Positions 60,218-64,000 of a stretch of 64,000 nt of DNA are shown one piece after another (the first letter of the stretch is position 1; every line of letters begins with the position of its first letter). A model generated the notes under the pieces. The model saw only the letters and a program-made list of their open reading frames with translations, made no database searches and was not told the origin of the DNA. Origin of the DNA: an uncultured delta proteobacterium. Lineage in GTDB: Bacteria > Desulfobacterota > Binatia > UBA9968. The stretch is from contig CAVUZH010000003.1 in the NCBI GenBank assembly GCA_963745835.1, positions 320,001 to 384,000 on the forward strand. The letters run 5' to 3'. Made by a program: the position numbers and the translations under genes.

Positions 60218-61000
60218 ATGGATGCAGATTCAACTCCCGGTTATGATCTTCTTTACGATATCATTCGTCGCCGCTCGAGCGTGCGTAAGCTCAAACCCGA
60301 TCCAATTCCCGACGGTCACATCGACAAAATTCTCGAAGCCGGACGCTGGGCGATGTCCGGGGCCAACTCGCAGCCTTGGGAATACATCGTTGTCAAAGAT
60401 CCGAAGGTCAAAAAGGATCTCTTCCGCTGTTACTCGGAGGACAACACCGATTTCATTTACTGGATGGAGCAGCAGCGCGTCTTCGAGTTGCGCCACCCGG
60501 CTTATCAGATGACCGCTGACGAAGCCGTGGAGCGCCAGCGGCGCGGTGCGGGCTGGTCTGAAGCGCCGGCCTTGATCGTCGTGGTTGGCGATGGCCGTCG
60601 CCAGTGGGGCACCGTACAAGGCGCGCACACTTTTGGCCGCGATCAATCTCATCTAACCGATGGCTTGGCGAATACCTGCACGTTCATGCATCTGGCGGCG
60701 GTCTCCCTCGGTCTTGCGACCCAATGGGTGACCATTCATGTTCAGGAGCCGTTCAAGAAAGTGCTCGACGTGCCGGATTTGATGATGCTCTATCTGATCA
60801 TTCCGATCGGCTATCCCGCGGTGCAGCCTTCAGAAGGCGTGCGCCGTTCGCTCGATGAGATTGTGCACCACGATCATTACAACAAGTCGAAGTTCATGAG
60901 CAACGAACGCGTGATTCAATTTCTCTACGAGCTGCGCGGTAAGACGTTACAGACTTACCGGCAGTCGTATGTGGGAAAAGAAGAGCCAAAGAAAGGTTGA
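60218..61000 (+). CDS. nitroreductase family protein, copy 2
   Basis: Paralog of 50268-51050 (WAMSGANSQPWE, WMEQQR, GDGRRQWGTV, AHTFGRDQSHLTD). Confidence 0.92.
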   Translation: MDADSTPGYDLLYDIIRRRSSVRKLKPDPIPDGHIDKILEAGRWAMSGANSQPWEYIVVKDPKVKKDLFRCYSEDNTDFIYWMEQQRVFELRHPAYQMTADEAVERQRRGAGWSEAPALIVVVGDGRRQWGTVQGAHTFGRDQSHLTDGLANTCTFMHLAAVSLGLATQWVTIHVQEPFKKVLDVPDLMMLYLIIPIGYPAVQPSEGVRRSLDEIVHHDHYNKSKFMSNERVIQFLYELRGKTLQTYRQSYVGKEEPKKG

Positions 61001-61034
61001 GGGGCGAGAAGTGAGGAGTAAAAGAATAATATTT

Positions 61035-62036
61035 ATGTTGAGAAAATATTTTGCAATTCTATTCGCACTGTTGTTCGTACTGGCGCGGCAGGCCGCGGTC
61101 GATGGCGCGCAGACTGCCCCACCGACCAAGATCACCGCGGGTTATGGCGGCGAGTTGGGCTATCAGGCGCCATTGTGGATCGCTCATGAGCTAAAATTCT
61201 TCGCCAAGCACGGCATGAGCTCGGAGCTTGTTCGCATCGCCGGCGGATCGCGCAGTACTTCGGCGCTTTTGTCCAATGCCCTGCAACTTTCGCAAAGCGC
61301 GGGCGTCGCGCCGGTGCAGGCGAGTCTGGCGGGCGGCGACCTCGTCATCATTGCAACTTCGACCAATCGCGCGACCGTCAGCATCGTAGGCCAGCCCAAG
61401 ACAGTTAAGAAGCCGCGAGATCTCGTCGGCAAAACGGTTGGACTGGTTGGACGCGGCGAGATGAACGAGTTTTTCTTTCTGAACGCGCTGGAGCGTTGGG
61501 GCATCGATCCTAAGTCGGTGACGTTTGTCGCAATCCCCGGAACGCAGCCGCGACTGGCGGCCGTGGTGGCCGGAACCATCGACGCGACAATCCTGGCGCC
61601 GCCGTTTAGCTTTGAAGCGGAAAAGTACAACCTTACACCGCTGGCGGATTTCGCTACCGGTTCGGACTCGTTTCCCCAGTCCGGCTTGGTCGTCCGGAAA
61701 GAGCTTTTGCGCGCGAATCGCGACTTAGTTAAGCGCATGCTCACGTCCTACGTCGAAGCGATTCACGTTCTTAAAACGGATGCCGAGAAGAGCCTGCCGA
61801 TTATGAAAAAATATATGCGCATCACCGACGACGTCATCGCCAAGCGGAGCTATGAATACTATTCCAAGCTGTTTTCCTTGCCGCCTTTAACGGACGAGAA
61901 GGGCGTGGACGTAGTTCTCAAGTTTCTCGCTACTCAGGGCATGGCGAACGCCAGGAACGCCAAGCCCGATGATTTTTTTGATAACAGCTTACTCGCTGAA
62001 CTGCAGCGCGAAGGCGTCTTCGCTCGATTAAAGTAA
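61035..62036 (+). CDS. NMT1/SsuA-type solute-binding protein
   Basis: Signal peptide, PLWIA--LKFFAKHG, DLVGKTVG, GTIDA, FFDNS. Confidence 0.9.
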   Translation: MLRKYFAILFALLFVLARQAAVDGAQTAPPTKITAGYGGELGYQAPLWIAHELKFFAKHGMSSELVRIAGGSRSTSALLSNALQLSQSAGVAPVQASLAGGDLVIIATSTNRATVSIVGQPKTVKKPRDLVGKTVGLVGRGEMNEFFFLNALERWGIDPKSVTFVAIPGTQPRLAAVVAGTIDATILAPPFSFEAEKYNLTPLADFATGSDSFPQSGLVVRKELLRANRDLVKRMLTSYVEAIHVLKTDAEKSLPIMKKYMRITDDVIAKRSYEYYSKLFSLPPLTDEKGVDVVLKFLATQGMANARNAKPDDFFDNSLLAELQREGVFARLK

Positions 62037-62049
62037 CTAGAGATTTAGC

Positions 62050-63132
62050 ATGCCACGAACATACTTTAACTATGAATCCATGCTGCGCTGGCGCGCGGAC
62101 TGGTTGGAGAAGCAGATGACCGGTAAGTTGCTGGTCAGGGCTAACGAACGCGATTTCGAAGCGTCGCGCCAAGCGTTGCTGAAGCGCTACGTCACCTTCG
62201 AATTCACGCCGGAAGTCGCTTCGACCAACTGGTCAGTATTTTTGAACGACGTCAAGCAACACTCGGGCCGGCATAAGCATCAGGGCGGCCTGGTACTATT
62301 CGTCATCGAAGGAAACGGCAGCACCGACATCGACGGCACGCTCTATAAGTGGAAGCGCGGCGATTTGATCACCCTGCCGATCCGTCCGGGCGGCGTCGAG
62401 CATCAACATTTCAACGATGAGGCAGGGAAAGACTGCCGCTGGGTGGCATTTTATTATAGACCGTTTGAAGACTGGGTGTGTCACACGATGACCCATCTGC
62501 GGGATCACACCGACGAGCAGAACGGATTGCAGCTAAGGAACGCCAATGCCGCCGGACAAACCGCACTCGATCGACATTTTCCCGAGTTTCGATATCAGCC
62601 TGCGTCTGACACGTCAGAGAGCTTGTACGATTCGCTGATGCAAATGCGCGATCTCCAAAGGCAGCTGCGCGGACAGGCGAGCTGCATCCGCAATGGCGAT
62701 GAGTTGCCGTGGGAAATAAACCGACATGGCGTCATGCGTTGGTATCTGCATCCTTTGTTTCTATACACGGGACTGCGAAACTTCATGGCATATCTGCAAT
62801 GCATTCCGCCTCGCAGCCGGAGCGGCTTGCAGAAACATCCCGGCGACAAGATATTCTTTTTCCTGCGAGGCAACGGCCATACGGCAATCGACAGCGTGCG
62901 CCATGACTGGGGCGTTGAAGACTTGCTGATCTTGCCGATCCGCCCGAACGGCGCGACTTACCAGCACTTCAACGATAGCGATGAGCCGGCCTTTTTGTTC
63001 GCCTGCGAGCCGAGTTTGGCGTTTATCTTCGATTTAGACCGCGGTAGCAGCTTTGAAGAATTAGACCCCGCACCGGAATTTGGCAATGAAGGCGCACGAG
63101 AGAGATTCGCCGCCGGCGCGCCGGTGTTTTAA
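62050..63132 (+). CDS. bicupin protein (gentisate 1,2-dioxygenase-like fold)
   Basis: SGRHKHQGG..EG-G..W--GD..EHQHFN and a second SGLQKHPG..G-G..YQHFN. Confidence 0.8.
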   Translation: MPRTYFNYESMLRWRADWLEKQMTGKLLVRANERDFEASRQALLKRYVTFEFTPEVASTNWSVFLNDVKQHSGRHKHQGGLVLFVIEGNGSTDIDGTLYKWKRGDLITLPIRPGGVEHQHFNDEAGKDCRWVAFYYRPFEDWVCHTMTHLRDHTDEQNGLQLRNANAAGQTALDRHFPEFRYQPASDTSESLYDSLMQMRDLQRQLRGQASCIRNGDELPWEINRHGVMRWYLHPLFLYTGLRNFMAYLQCIPPRSRSGLQKHPGDKIFFFLRGNGHTAIDSVRHDWGVEDLLILPIRPNGATYQHFNDSDEPAFLFACEPSLAFIFDLDRGSSFEELDPAPEFGNEGARERFAAGAPVF

Positions 63133-63186
63133 GCGGATAAAATTCGGAATAGTTATGAAATCCGATCGCGACGCATAAGCTAACCA

Positions 63187-63435
63187 TTGTTTCGAATGGG
63201 ATTTCGGTCGTTCAATCGGAAGGGTCATAATGGCGAAAAGATTTATCGCTGCGGTATGGGTTTCATCGGAGGCGGACTACTGAGCATGATTCTTCTTGCT
63301 TTGTTTGCTTCGATCTTCGATTTGGCGTTTCAAAGTGTGATGCGAGCAGCTTTGATCCTAGGGTCCATTTTCGGTGTTGTGGGCTTCTGTTTTCCCGGTT
63401 TGGGAGCTAGTTTGTTCGCGCTGGTCGATTGGTGA
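63187..63435 (+). CDS. small membrane hypothetical protein
   Basis: Two to three hydrophobic segments. Confidence 0.45.
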   Translation: MFRMGFRSFNRKGHNGEKIYRCGMGFIGGGLLSMILLALFASIFDLAFQSVMRAALILGSIFGVVGFCFPGLGASLFALVDW

Positions 63436-63495
63436 CGGAACGAGCCGGCCAGAAGAATCGATTTTTCGGTCTAAAAAATAGGCGAGGAGCTAGTT

Positions 63496-64000
63496 GTGGC
63501 CGTCGATCCGATTACCGTTGAAATTATTCGTTGTGCCCTAAAGGCGGCGGCTAACGAGATGTCTACGGTGCTGAAGAAGACCGCCTACAACATGATGATC
63601 TATGAGGTGCAGGATTATTGCGTGGCCGTTTTAGATGACGAGGGGCGGACGATGTCGCAGAATGAAGGCGCCTTGCCGATCTTCCTCGCTGATCTTGGAG
63701 TGGCGGTGCAGGACGGTATCGAAGTCTACGGCAAGGAAAACATTCATCCCGGCGATGTCTTCTTGGTCAATCATCCGGAAATTTGCGGACAGCACTTGAA
63801 TAACATGGCCGTGTACACGCCGTTCTTCTGGGCAGGTAAGTTGTTTTGTTTTCTCGCCGTACGCGCGCACTGGATCGACGTCGGCGGGGCGAGCACAGGG
63901 TTCGGTTCGAGCCAGACACGCGATGTGTATGAAGAAGGTATTCAAATCCGCTCGGTGAAAATTTACGCGCAGGGCAAGCCCAATCACGAGGTGTTGCGCC
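63496..64000 (+). CDS. hyuB: hydantoinase B / oxoprolinase family, second paralog (runs off the window)
   Basis: GTG after GAGGAG; DPITVEII..NEM..LKKTAYNMMIYEVQDY..ALPIFLADLG..GQHLNN..HWIDVGG. Confidence 0.92.
   Translation, partial: MAVDPITVEIIRCALKAAANEMSTVLKKTAYNMMIYEVQDYCVAVLDDEGRTMSQNEGALPIFLADLGVAVQDGIEVYGKENIHPGDVFLVNHPEICGQHLNNMAVYTPFFWAGKLFCFLAVRAHWIDVGGASTGFGSSQTRDVYEEGIQIRSVKIYAQGKPNHEVLR

Overview
A GC-rich chromosomal window whose gene content resembles Candidatus Binatia/Binatota-type deltaproteobacteria (inference). It has about 16 NMT1/SsuA-type solute-binding proteins (SBPs) and 2 TTT (Bug/TctC) receptors but no permease or ATPase. Catabolic genes include an acyl-CoA dehydrogenase, a class III CoA-transferase pair, an LLM oxidoreductase, a phthalate-type Rieske oxygenase, a 4,5-dihydroxyphthalate decarboxylase-like protein, LigAB, hydantoinase/oxoprolinase A and B, two nitroreductases, two M24 proteins, MmgE/PrpD and a bicupin. 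Two accessory inserts stand out. (1) 11.5-15.5 kb: a NACHT/STAND NTPase with a C-terminal PD-(D/E)xK nuclease, broken by two in-frame stops. (2) 42.6-48.4 kb: an AT-richer mosaic island bracketed by two directly repeated IS1202-like ends. It carries a decayed phage lysin-holin cassette, HNH, two HEPN genes, a Zn-knuckle/AT-hook gene, a Trypco2-like gene and three paralogous small proteins. Intergenic regions hold a MITE family, several REP-like repeats and four strongly base-paired candidate ncRNAs. At least eight core genes carry 1-bp indels, often in homopolymers, so some pseudogene calls may be assembly errors. No rRNA, full tRNA, CRISPR array, integrase or intact transposase was seen. All family calls come from motif recognition, not database searches.
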